Positions 1 through 7,895 of a stretch of 64,000 bases of DNA are shown here, in pieces. Origin of the DNA: an uncultured Ruminococcus sp. (lineage in GTDB: Bacteria; Bacillota; Clostridia; Oscillospirales; Ruminococcaceae); NCBI GenBank assembly GCA_902788785.1, contig CADALT010000001.1, positions 325,238-389,237 of the forward strand. Reading direction: 5' to 3'. The notes below the pieces were generated by a model, which saw only the letters and a list, made by a program, of their open reading frames with translations, was not told where the DNA came from and did no database searches. Within the stretch, counting starts at the first letter, position 1. Each line of letters begins with the position of its first letter. Made by a program: the position numbers and the translations under genes.

Positions 1-58
1 TATATAACTCGCAACAAGGCAGACAAGTGTCTTTTTGTCTGCCTTGAAAAACTCAATA

Positions 59-796
59 TTACTCTGCGTCCTGTGCTTCTTCGACCTTCTCAGCCTCTTC
101 AGCGGATGCATCCTCGCCCTGTCTGCCTTCGATGATAGCATTAGCCATGCAGCCTGCGATCAGCTTAACTGCTCTGATAGCATCATCGTTGCCGGGGATA
201 ACGTAATCAACGTCATCAGGGTCACAGTTGGTATCTACGATAGCTACTACGGGGATACCCAGCTTCTTAGCCTCTGCAACTGCGATCTTTTCCTTTCTGG
301 GGTCAACAACGAAGAGTGCGCCGGGCAGCTTCTTCATGTTCTTGATACCGCCCATGAACTTCTCGAGCTTTTCGATCTCGAGCTTCAGCTTTGTAACTTC
401 CTTCTTGGGGAGAAGCTCAAATGTGCCGTCTTCCTCCATAGCGTGGAGCTGCTCAAGTCTCTTGATCCTCTGTTCAATTGTCTTGAAATTAGTCATCATA
501 CCGCCGAGCCATCTAGCGTTTACATAGTGTGCATTAGCTCTCAGTGCTTCCTCCTTGATGGAGTCGCCTGCCTGCTTCTTGGTACCTACGAACAGTACCT
601 CCTGGCCGTTAGCGGAGATCTCTCTGATGAACATATAAGCCTCTTCCAGCTTCTTAACTGTCTTCTGGAGATCGATGATGTAGATGCCATTCCTCTCTGT
701 AAAGATATAGGGTGCCATCTTAGGGTTCCATCTTCTTGTCTGGTGACCAAAGTGTACACCGGCTTCAAGAAGCTGCTTCATTGATACTACTGCCAT
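59..796 (-). CDS. rpsB: 30S ribosomal protein S2
   Basis: ORF 59..838. [27 protein letters not shown] is the canonical S2 N-terminus. The ATG at 794..796 is preceded by GGAGG (caggaggttactacaATG), so the start is trimmed from 838 to 796. Confidence 0.95.
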   Translation of the reverse strand: MAVVSMKQLLEAGVHFGHQTRRWNPKMAPYIFTERNGIYIIDLQKTVKKLEEAYMFIREISANGQEVLFVGTKKQAGDSIKEEALRANAHYVNARWLGGMMTNFKTIEQRIKRLEQLHAMEEDGTFELLPKKEVTKLKLEIEKLEKFMGGIKNMKKLPGALFVVDPRKEKIAVAEAKKLGIPVVAIVDTNCDPDDVDYVIPGNDDAIRAVKLIAGCMANAIIEGRQGEDASAEEAEKVEEAQDAE

Positions 797-964
797 TGTA
801 GTAACCTCCTGTTTGGTTTGATAGATTTCCGTATTCACGGATAGTATAACCTCCGAGCTGCCTTGACTGCCTTAACCCGACCTGATGCCTTAGGCACATA
901 ACACCTTGCGGTGTCATTGCGGCAGGGACCATCGGCATAAGCCGCCCGTGCGAATTACCATAAT
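797..964 (-). promoter_or_regulatory. Long GC-rich 5' leader of rpsB (candidate structured ribosomal-protein leader)
   Basis: About 165 nt lie between the -10 box and the rpsB ATG. This stretch is visibly more GC-rich than other intergenic DNA here. It holds several short inverted repeats, e.g. acaccttgcggtgt, tgccttaggca, and gcggc...gccgc. Confidence 0.4.
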
Positions 965-993
965 ATTATAGCACATCTTTTTACAAAATGCAA
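965..993 (-). promoter_or_regulatory. sigmaA-type promoter for rpsB
   Basis: Minus strand reads TTGCAT (988..993), a 17-nt spacer, then TATAAT (965..970). Confidence 0.6.
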
Positions 994-999
994 GCATTT

Positions 1000-1308
1000 T
1001 CATCTTGATGTTTTTAACAAATTATCGACCACATACCTGGGTTCTTTTGAGGATCTTGCGAGATCGGCTGTTTCGACCAGTATGGTATCCTCGCCGATAA
1101 GCCTTATATCACTGCATTTTATCACCACATCATCATCTCTGCCCATAAGCCCCATCACCCGTGGTCTGCCATAGATGATGAGCGAAATGATCTTGCCCTC
1201 ATCCGTATCAAGTTCCACGTCATCGGCAAAACCGATCTTTTCTCCCGTCCTGATATCTACGACTTCCTTATTCCTAAGACAGGAAAAATTGCAAACCATA
1301 CGCTGCAC
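1000..1308 (-). CDS. YlmC/YmxH family sporulation protein (PRC-barrel)
   Basis: 102 aa. The pattern EVVDIRTGEKIGFADDVELDTDEGKIISLIIYG...IKCSDIRLIGEDTILV is typical of YlmC/YmxH. Confidence 0.8.
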   Translation of the reverse strand: MQRMVCNFSCLRNKEVVDIRTGEKIGFADDVELDTDEGKIISLIIYGRPRVMGLMGRDDDVVIKCSDIRLIGEDTILVETADLARSSKEPRYVVDNLLKTSR

Positions 1309-1378
1309 CTCCGCCTGACGTGAAAACCATCCGCATCTTTAAAGACACGAATGGTTCGGTATTATCCTTCACGGATAA

Positions 1379-2167
1379 TCATATGCGCAAGCTTTCCTTT
1401 TTATGCGCATCAGCCTCTATGCAGCTGAAATATCTGTAGAACTCATCTCTGTATTTGAAGAATATCCTGTCCGAAAACTCCAGTATGAAATCCTTATTCG
1501 TAGGCTTGCCAAGTTCGAGGAATGAGCCGAGAAAGAATTCGCTGTCCTTTTCGTTCTCGTATTTCTGATAAACATAATCGACATATCTTCTCACAGCATT
1601 GTCGATACTTGCCTGCGTCGAACCGTTTATCCTTGAAAGATACGGATAGATATCCTTTCTCAATGAAATGTATTTGCCTTCGGTGAAAAGTACATATTTA
1701 ACAGCTTCGACCACATAAAAAAGTCCCGATTTGCAATGTGATGATGAAAAACTGTTTGCCTTGTCGTATACCAGTTTGTTTATACGTTCTCTGAATACTT
1801 TCGCTTTGATCTTGGCGGCTTTGCAGAACATACGTATATACCTTTCCGCAGCTGTCTGATGCTCTGTCGTAAATGTAAAATGCTTTAATCCCAGGTCCTG
1901 CAGCTCCTTAACACTGCTGCTTCTTTCCGAAGGAAAAACAACGAGCATATCTTCCACCAAGCCGACTGCTTCACGCAATACATCCATATCACAATGTTCA
2001 AGAGAACATACCACGAGGTCGGGAGCGTAATTATCTGTATAAAACTGGACCGAAGCGCTGGTACAGCCACAGGTATGTATCGTAAAATCGTTCTTGAGTC
2101 TGTCGATAAGTTCATTGAAACTCTCATCAAGTGAACCTATGAACAATAGTGAGTGTTTAACTAACAT
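1379..2167 (-). CDS. Spo0A C-terminal-domain-like DNA-binding protein with degenerate receiver-like N-terminus
   Basis: 262 aa. The C-terminal HCKSGLFYVVEAVKYV...IYPYLSRINGSTQASIDNAVRRYVDYVY...GKPTNKDFILEFSDRI aligns by eye to Spo0A_C (HIKGYLYLREAI...[28 protein letters not shown]...KPTNSEFIAMVADKL). The N-terminus is REC-like, but the DLVVCSLEHCD segment has Ser where the phospho-acceptor Asp is expected. Confidence 0.6.
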   Translation of the reverse strand: MLVKHSLLFIGSLDESFNELIDRLKNDFTIHTCGCTSASVQFYTDNYAPDLVVCSLEHCDMDVLREAVGLVEDMLVVFPSERSSSVKELQDLGLKHFTFTTEHQTAAERYIRMFCKAAKIKAKVFRERINKLVYDKANSFSSSHCKSGLFYVVEAVKYVLFTEGKYISLRKDIYPYLSRINGSTQASIDNAVRRYVDYVYQKYENEKDSEFFLGSFLELGKPTNKDFILEFSDRIFFKYRDEFYRYFSCIEADAHKKESLRI

Positions 2168-2525
2168 ACTGCTCTCCTTTCAAAAATGATATGCCGTATC
2201 CATCAGATGTAATATCAGGCAAGGTGCTGCAGCCGACACCTGCATCCGATGAAGCAAAAGCTTTTGTCATATCTATCATGCAATGTATATTATATCAAAG
2301 AATTACGGATAAATCAAGTATTTCCATAAAAATTTAACTAAAGATAAACCCCACACCTTTGATGTCAATTATGTGAATTTATTATGCCGATATTATTAAC
2401 GTTATTGGCATTATTTGGGTATTAGATTGAATTGGCAACATATCTTACACTAAGTCGATCAAAATGAATAACTTAAAATGTTATCGGGAAAAATCTATTT
2501 GAAAATAAAAGACAGGAGTGTAAGG

Positions 2526-3296
2526 ATGCAATATAACAAAGTTGAAATAAGCGGTGTAAACACAGGTCAGCTAAAGGTGCTCAGCGAGAAAGAAAAGCAG
2601 GAACTTCTAAAACGTGCCCGAAACAACGACAAGACAGCCCGGGAAGAACTCATAAACGGCAATCTAAGGCTGGTACTCAGCGTACTGCAAAGGTTCTCAT
2701 CACAGAAAGAAAACCCCGACGACCTGTTTCAGGTGGGTGTCGTGGGGCTTATAAAGGCTATAGATAATTTCGATGTGGAGCTCAACGTGCGCTTTTCGAC
2801 TTATGCTGTGCCCATGATACTGGGCGAGATAAAGCGCTATATGCGTGATTACCGACCCATAAGAGTGAGCCGTTCGATGCGTGACCTGGCATACAAAGCC
2901 ATGCAGGCAAAGGAGACATTTACTGCCAAAAATCAGCGTGAACCCACGGTAGATGAGATAGCTGCCGACATAGGCGAGAAACGCAGTGACATCGTGACTG
3001 CACTGGAGTCGGTGGTGGACCCCATATCTATCTACGAACCTGTATACTCCGAGGGCGGAGATTCGCTTTATCTTGTTGACCAGATATGCGATAGTGCCGA
3101 TGACAGAAGCTGGCTGGAAGAACTCACCATGAAAGAAGCCATACACGACCTGAAAGACCGTGAGAAAAACATTCTCTATCTTCGCTTTTTCAAAGGTCAC
3201 ACACAGGTGGAGGTAGCAAGAGAGATAGGCATATCTCAGGCGCAGGTATCAAGACTGGAAAAAAGCGCACTGGATAAGATAAAATCTCAGCTTTAA
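2526..3296 (+). CDS. sigG: Sporulation sigma factor SigG (SigF/G family)
   Basis: MQYNKVEISGVNTGQLKVL...NGNLRLVLSVLQRF...DLFQVGVVGLIKAIDNFD...STYAVPMILGEIKRYMRD..PIRVSRS...ISQAQVSRLEK closely follows B. subtilis SigG. The ATG at 2526 is preceded by aggagtg. The upstream ATG at 2478 is rejected. Confidence 0.9.
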   Translation: MQYNKVEISGVNTGQLKVLSEKEKQELLKRARNNDKTAREELINGNLRLVLSVLQRFSSQKENPDDLFQVGVVGLIKAIDNFDVELNVRFSTYAVPMILGEIKRYMRDYRPIRVSRSMRDLAYKAMQAKETFTAKNQREPTVDEIAADIGEKRSDIVTALESVVDPISIYEPVYSEGGDSLYLVDQICDSADDRSWLEELTMKEAIHDLKDREKNILYLRFFKGHTQVEVAREIGISQAQVSRLEKSALDKIKSQL

Positions 3297-3311
3297 TTTT
3301 TTATCATAAAA

Positions 3312-3343
3312 ATACCGATGCAGACACGATACTGCATCGGTAT
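3312..3343. terminator. Bidirectional rho-independent terminator between sigG (+) and the NAD operon (-)
   Basis: 12-bp perfect stem ataccgatgcag / ctgcatcggtat, flanked by an A-run upstream and a T-run downstream. Confidence 0.8.
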
Positions 3344-3348
3344 CATCT

Positions 3349-4140
3349 TTATTTGAAAGCTTCGGCAAAGGCTTTATAGTTTTTGCCATCGGTGCTTCCG
3401 TATACAGCGAAGCATACCTCATCGAAAGCCCTGCCCAGCCCCTCATCTATCAGCACTTTGCGAAAACACTCTGCCACCTCATCGGGTTTATTGCCGAACG
3501 CACCGCAGCCCCATGCACCGAGTATCAGGTTTTTATGACCATGTTCCTCCGCAATGCGCAGAACTATCCTTATCCTTCGCAGGAAAGTTTCTTCTATAGT
3601 CTGTTTTGATGCGATGAAAGCTGCACCGTATCTGTTCGGGGCAGGTACGGTTATAACAGCTGCCTGAAAGGGTTCTTGCAGCAGTTCGAGATCTTTGCTG
3701 CGAAACACACAGACCTCGGGAGAATAGAGCATATAGTCTGATTCTACCGTACTGAGATGGGTGTTATTATAGCGGTACATCTCGGCAGCTTTATCGGAAT
3801 GTATCGAAGCATAGAGCGTACTGCATCTGCACAGTGACTCTTCCTGGGTATTTGCGCCCAACATAAATCCGCCGCCTGCTTTATGGGCATTGGCAAAGTT
3901 CATGACATACGGACGTTCATACCGTGAGGCTGCCAAAAACGAATCCTCATTGGTGACAATTATGCGGCACATATCGCCCTTCGGGACGGGACGCTTTATA
4001 AGCTCACCACCTTTTTCGGGAGTGCAGACCTCGACTTTATCAAAGGGCGCACCCTTCAGTTTTACTTCTTTGCCGGCGATGGTATACGAACCTTTCTCTG
4101 TTATCTTTATTGTCTCCTTGGCTGCCGAAATATTGTTCAT
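3349..4140 (-). CDS. Bacterial-type poly(ADP-ribose) glycohydrolase-like macrodomain protein (TIGR02452/DUF2263-like)
   Basis: 263 aa. NFANAHKAGGGFMLGANTQEESLCR matches the PARG signature GGG-X6-8-QEE. GGAGG lies 8 nt upstream of the ATG. Confidence 0.7.
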   Translation of the reverse strand: MNNISAAKETIKITEKGSYTIAGKEVKLKGAPFDKVEVCTPEKGGELIKRPVPKGDMCRIIVTNEDSFLAASRYERPYVMNFANAHKAGGGFMLGANTQEESLCRCSTLYASIHSDKAAEMYRYNNTHLSTVESDYMLYSPEVCVFRSKDLELLQEPFQAAVITVPAPNRYGAAFIASKQTIEETFLRRIRIVLRIAEEHGHKNLILGAWGCGAFGNKPDEVAECFRKVLIDEGLGRAFDEVCFAVYGSTDGKNYKAFAEAFK

Positions 4141-4155
4141 AGATCTGACCTCCGT

Positions 4156-5676
4156 TCAGAAAGTGCCGCCGTTCAGTCTGTTCCTGATATCCGCAAGCGT
4201 ATACTCCTTTATCAGCTTGCCGTCACGGAAAACGGGTTCAAGAAGATTTCCCTCGGGGATAGTACTGCCGACATACTCATCTTTATATGCAAGCTCACCG
4301 TCTTCATTGCGGTAAACATAGCACAGACCTTTCTGAGATTTTTTGAAGCCGCCTTCCTTCGGGTCTTTGAATATGGGGTACTCCTTGCCGCCTATCTCGG
4401 CATAGCAAGCCTTGATACAGCTGGAGAAAGTATCTCTTGTAAATGGTTTAAGGATAGTTGCTTTACCCTTGACCTCCCTGCCGTCCTCGGTCATCACCTT
4501 GATATCCTCATCTTCCTCTATGCAGTGCATCGAGAAAGAACCTACGCCCAGGGCAACGTTCGAGCAGGCAAAGCCGTTATTTTTCAGTATCTCATAGATC
4601 ATCTCGCAGCGCTGTACTGTGATGCTGTCACCGTAGATAGCTTTTACGTGAGGATCAAGCACCTTATAGCCCTTGCTGTTGACAGTTCCGCCGAACTGAT
4701 CCCAAAGCTTGAAGACTGTTTTTGTAACGACCTCAACGCAGTCGCCCGAATCGCCCCTCATCAGCATACAGCCGTTGTGCGCCATTATCTCATCGTGCAG
4801 ACGGGGCAGGATATTATCTATGACATTCCAGTAATCGTAGGAATCAAGCACTGCGGAAAAGCTTGTGTTGGGATAAAGCTCAGTGAGCATTTTTCTGAGG
4901 AAGGTCTCCTCATCGCCGTCAACTGCAAAATTCGAGCACATAACAAAGTGTTCTGTACTTACCGAGCCAAAGGCTACAGGTTCCTTTGTGCAGTCTGCGC
5001 CAAACATCTTTTCGAGGTAAGGTATAGCAGGTACGGTAGCGGTATTCTCGAAAGACATACACCAGCCTGCTGCCGCTTTCAGTGCCGCATCAAGCCCCTG
5101 ATCTCCTCTGAAATCGAAAGAGCCCAGTGCCTTGGAACGGGAGACCTCATCATCACAGGTAAGGTCGTAATACTTGTTGACTATCTCTCTGTAGGTCCTG
5201 CCCACGGTAGCTGTTATCTGGGGATACCAGAGTTCAGCGGAGATAAGGCTCTCCAGCGCCTGAGGCAGCCATGCAAAATCAGGGTGAGTATTGGTTATGC
5301 CGAACATAGGGACGTGTACGGGCACGAGTGTGCCTTCGGGCAGGGCAATTATCTCCAGAGGAAGATAACCAAGTCTGTGCAGAGCGACTACAGATGTCGT
5401 ATCGTATATTCCCTTTCCAAAGGAATTATCCAGCACACGCTTGTAATCTTCTACTATCTCATCCTCGGGCACCGAGAAGAAATTGTCATTGAAATAATCT
5501 ATGAGCCAGGTCTTGCAGAACATTTGCAGCCCGAACATTACCACCTTATCCCAGCGCCTGACACGGCTCATCCTGGGTGTATAATAAGACATGGACTTGG
5601 TCATCGCCTTATTTATCATATCCCTGTGGACTATCTTATAAAAATCGCACATAAACATTGGATTTATATTTTTCAT
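4156..5676 (-). CDS. Nicotinamide phosphoribosyltransferase family protein (NadV/NAMPT-like; Namat-type activity not excluded)
   Basis: 506 aa. N-terminal NPMFMCDFYKIVH and the overall length are typical of NAMPT/NadV. The start overlaps the upstream stop (ATGA). Confidence 0.85.
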   Translation of the reverse strand: MKNINPMFMCDFYKIVHRDMINKAMTKSMSYYTPRMSRVRRWDKVVMFGLQMFCKTWLIDYFNDNFFSVPEDEIVEDYKRVLDNSFGKGIYDTTSVVALHRLGYLPLEIIALPEGTLVPVHVPMFGITNTHPDFAWLPQALESLISAELWYPQITATVGRTYREIVNKYYDLTCDDEVSRSKALGSFDFRGDQGLDAALKAAAGWCMSFENTATVPAIPYLEKMFGADCTKEPVAFGSVSTEHFVMCSNFAVDGDEETFLRKMLTELYPNTSFSAVLDSYDYWNVIDNILPRLHDEIMAHNGCMLMRGDSGDCVEVVTKTVFKLWDQFGGTVNSKGYKVLDPHVKAIYGDSITVQRCEMIYEILKNNGFACSNVALGVGSFSMHCIEEDEDIKVMTEDGREVKGKATILKPFTRDTFSSCIKACYAEIGGKEYPIFKDPKEGGFKKSQKGLCYVYRNEDGELAYKDEYVGSTIPEGNLLEPVFRDGKLIKEYTLADIRNRLNGGTF

Positions 5677-6026
5677 GATCTTTCCTCCTCATTATAAGTG
5701 AAAATAACTTCTATAGTGCCGATGATATGCTCATTGAACTCATCGAGTTTCTCAGCCGGTATCCAGAGCTCCCGATGGTAGCTTCTGCCAACGACGTGTG
5801 TCTCATACTGTGAGCAATACTCATCATCGACCTCGAACCTGGTAACATGACCCTTGTGATCGGGAGTATCCTTTACATTCCATCTTTTAGCTATCTCACG
5901 GGCATATTTTTCATTAAGTACGGGATAGAAGATAGGCTGTTCGGGAAGTCTCGGCGGAAAAGCTTTATATCCGCTTTGTTTTATCAGATCAAGCTCTGCT
6001 GTACCCACAGGTCTGTACAAGATCAC
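5673..6026 (-). CDS. Conserved small protein of unknown function
   Basis: 117 aa (MILYRPVGTAELDLIKQSGYKAFPPRLPEQPIFYPVLNEKYA...). GTG start with AGGAGA 8 nt upstream. Its stop overlaps the NAMPT start. Confidence 0.6.
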   Translation of the reverse strand: MILYRPVGTAELDLIKQSGYKAFPPRLPEQPIFYPVLNEKYAREIAKRWNVKDTPDHKGHVTRFEVDDEYCSQYETHVVGRSYHRELWIPAEKLDEFNEHIIGTIEVIFTYNEEERS

Positions 6027-6048
6027 ATCATCATCTCCTTTTTACCTA

Positions 6049-6320
6049 TTATAAGCCGTAATCAAGCTTAGCTGCATATAAGATCGCTTCTGTTGTGAGG
6101 TCAACGCATTTTTCTATACCATAATGCGTTGATACCTGTCTCATACCTTTCTGTAAAGCCATGGAATAAAGTATCCGGAGTTCTTCCGGGGCTTTGCAAA
6201 ACTTGATACTGCGCTCGAAATTACTGTCCCAAATGGTTCTTACATCTTTTACGATGTGCTTTTCATCCGGCGCTCTAAAAAAGCTTTATCTATCAGTTCA
6301 TCACGTTTATTGTCTTCCAT
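6049..6320 (-). pseudogene. Small ORF (~90 aa if intact) split by a frameshift at a T6/A6 homopolymer
   Basis: The ATG at 6318..6320 has AAGGAG 8 nt upstream and gives MEDNKRDELIDKAFLERRMKSTS*. A second frame continues from the homopolymer at 6277..6282 as ...FFRAPDEKHIVKDVRTIWDSNFERSIKFCKAPEELRILYSMALQKGMRQVSTHYGIEKCVDLTTEAILYAAKLDYGL* and has no start codon of its own. Confidence 0.55.
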
Positions 6321-6339
6321 TTCAAACAATCTCCTTGCG

Positions 6340-7170
6340 CTACACTAAACAGTCTATGATATCAAGTATTGGATACTTTTCAGTATCAAGGGTACACAGC
6401 GAATTTGTTGTATATATTTTATTTATCATGCCGCATTCAAACAGCTTGCCCTCGCTGATGGAATTCTCGCAGTGGGTGAAGAACACGTTTATCTCGCCGC
6501 AGCCAAGCTCTTTAAGCTTTTGTGCGGAATAGAAAACTGTTCCGCCATAGGCACAAATATCATCTATGATGAATATACGCCTGCCCTTGGGATCATCACC
6601 GCTGACATCGAGACCAAGTATTTTTCCAGTTGCCCAGTCACGCTTTTTCATGCCAAAGCTCAGGTGTGCTGCTTTGAACATTCCTCCGTATCGTTTCATC
6701 GAGCCCTCATCGGGGAAGAAAAGCTGATCTTTTTCGGCATCGAATCCTGCACGCTCCATAGCCTTTTCGATATATGCCTTCGGAGAGATATTCTCGACCC
6801 TATCCAAAAGTGCAGCACCGACATTTGAATGTGCATCTATGACCTGCACCTTATCAAATCCCATGGAATTTATAAAGCGGCAGAAATATTTCAGTGTAAA
6901 CACCTCAGATGCTTCATGCACTCTGTCCATTCTTGCATTGGGGAGATAGGGCATGAACAGACCAAACTGTGCACACGGGAAACTCTCTTTAAGAGAAGAT
7001 ACCATATAATAAAGCTGCATCTGTTCGGTTTCATCGCCATATGTCCAGATAAAACCGATATGTTCGGGAGTATTGCCGGGCAGAGTCAGATCTATTTTGA
7101 AGGTACCATCTGGATATTTCGTCACAGCGGGGGTAATAATTTCGCCGCCGTCATATCTGTATCTAAGCAT
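6340..7170 (-). CDS. Ribose-phosphate pyrophosphokinase (Prs)-like protein, non-canonical N-terminus
   Basis: 276 aa. Prs-type motifs VQVIDAHSN and the PRPP loop RIFIIDDICAYGGT are present. The N-terminus MLRYRYDGGEIITPAVTKYPDG is unlike housekeeping Prs. The start shares a base with the upstream stop (TGATG). Confidence 0.7.
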   Translation of the reverse strand: MLRYRYDGGEIITPAVTKYPDGTFKIDLTLPGNTPEHIGFIWTYGDETEQMQLYYMVSSLKESFPCAQFGLFMPYLPNARMDRVHEASEVFTLKYFCRFINSMGFDKVQVIDAHSNVGAALLDRVENISPKAYIEKAMERAGFDAEKDQLFFPDEGSMKRYGGMFKAAHLSFGMKKRDWATGKILGLDVSGDDPKGRRIFIIDDICAYGGTVFYSAQKLKELGCGEINVFFTHCENSISEGKLFECGMINKIYTTNSLCTLDTEKYPILDIIDCLV

Positions 7171-7718
7171 CAGTCAACCTGCCTTTCTATCTTCATCTGG
7201 CAAACAGCCATGGCGCTGAGGGCATTTTCGTGGCTTTCGGGAGTTACACCTGCACAGCAAGCGCTGTTGATAACTATGGGCACCTCCGGGAACGCAGCCT
7301 TTGTCAGCATAGCGTTGGAAATAACGCAGATATCGGTGCAAACGCCAATAAATTCGATCTCATCTATACTGCGGCCTGCGGCAGCTGCCCTTATCTTTTC
7401 GGGAAGATCTATCGCACCAAAGGTGACTTTTTCCACCATGATATCCTTGTCATCCTTGACCGCTGCTATCCTCTCATCGAGCTGCCAGCCGTCGCTGCCT
7501 TTGATACAGTGTACGACAGGAAGATTTTTGCCCTCCTGAGTATCAAGATAGTTTTCGCTATGTGTATCAAGAGTAAAGATCACAGGGGTATCGGGATATT
7601 CCGCTTTATAAGCTTTTATCCTTTCGGCTGCCCTTGCTGCGGCAGCGTCACATTCGACATTGCCGAGAGCGCCTGTTGTAAAATCTTTCTGCAAATCGAT
7701 AACTGCAAGTATCTTCAT
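7170..7718 (-). CDS. Isochorismatase-family cysteine hydrolase (nicotinamidase PncA-like)
   Basis: MKILAVIDLQKDF...LDTH...FIGVCTDICV shows the catalytic D/K/C pattern. The start is set at ATG 7718 (aaaggatggtagtcATG) rather than 7727. Confidence 0.8.
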   Translation of the reverse strand: MKILAVIDLQKDFTTGALGNVECDAAAARAAERIKAYKAEYPDTPVIFTLDTHSENYLDTQEGKNLPVVHCIKGSDGWQLDERIAAVKDDKDIMVEKVTFGAIDLPEKIRAAAAGRSIDEIEFIGVCTDICVISNAMLTKAAFPEVPIVINSACCAGVTPESHENALSAMAVCQMKIERQVD

Positions 7719-7773
7719 GACTACCATCCTTTCAGTCTTTGTAACTTTTAGTTACTATCTTTTTGTTGCTATC

Positions 7774-7802
7774 ATTATAACACACCGCAGTACATATGTC
7801 AA
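7774..7802 (-). promoter_or_regulatory. Consensus sigmaA promoter of the NAD/ADPR operon
   Basis: Minus strand reads TTGACA (7797..7802), a 17-nt spacer, then TATAAT (7774..7779). Confidence 0.7.
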
Positions 7803-7850
7803 TATGTTGCATTTCACAAAGAGTACACAGCTATTTTACATTTAATTGTT

Positions 7851-7891
7851 TATAATAACAAAAGCAGCTATATATACAATACAGCTGCTTT
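7851..7891 (-). terminator. Rho-independent terminator after the PHP phosphatase gene
   Basis: Stem aaagcagct / agctgcttt, followed on the minus strand by UUUUGUUAUUAU. Confidence 0.7.
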
Positions 7892-7895
7892 AAAC

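Noticed and set aside
16-45. The hairpin aaggcagacaa/ttgtctgcctt downstream of rpsB as a terminator
   Set aside because: No U-tract follows it on the minus strand (GUUGCGAGUU). It may be an inter-cistronic structure before tsf, but the window ends here.
2168-2525. A sigmaF/sigmaG-type promoter for sigG, and a 37-codon minus-strand ORF (MTKAFASSDAGVGC...)
   Set aside because: I could not match GHATR-N17/18-CATxxTA convincingly by eye. The small ORF has no RBS and starts ~20 nt after a -10-like box, so it is probably just 5' UTR.
4525-5697. Long antisense ORFs, e.g. 390 aa at 4525..5697 (+). Others are 57119..58033, 58079..58918, 58997..59860, 61322..62356, 6829..7539, 31776..32435 and 17407..18069
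   Set aside because: Each lies entirely opposite a strongly recognisable gene (NAMPT, alaS, cysK, Prs-like, priA, lipase). Their compositions are low-complexity or Cys/His-rich, and they have no RBS. They are shadow ORFs.
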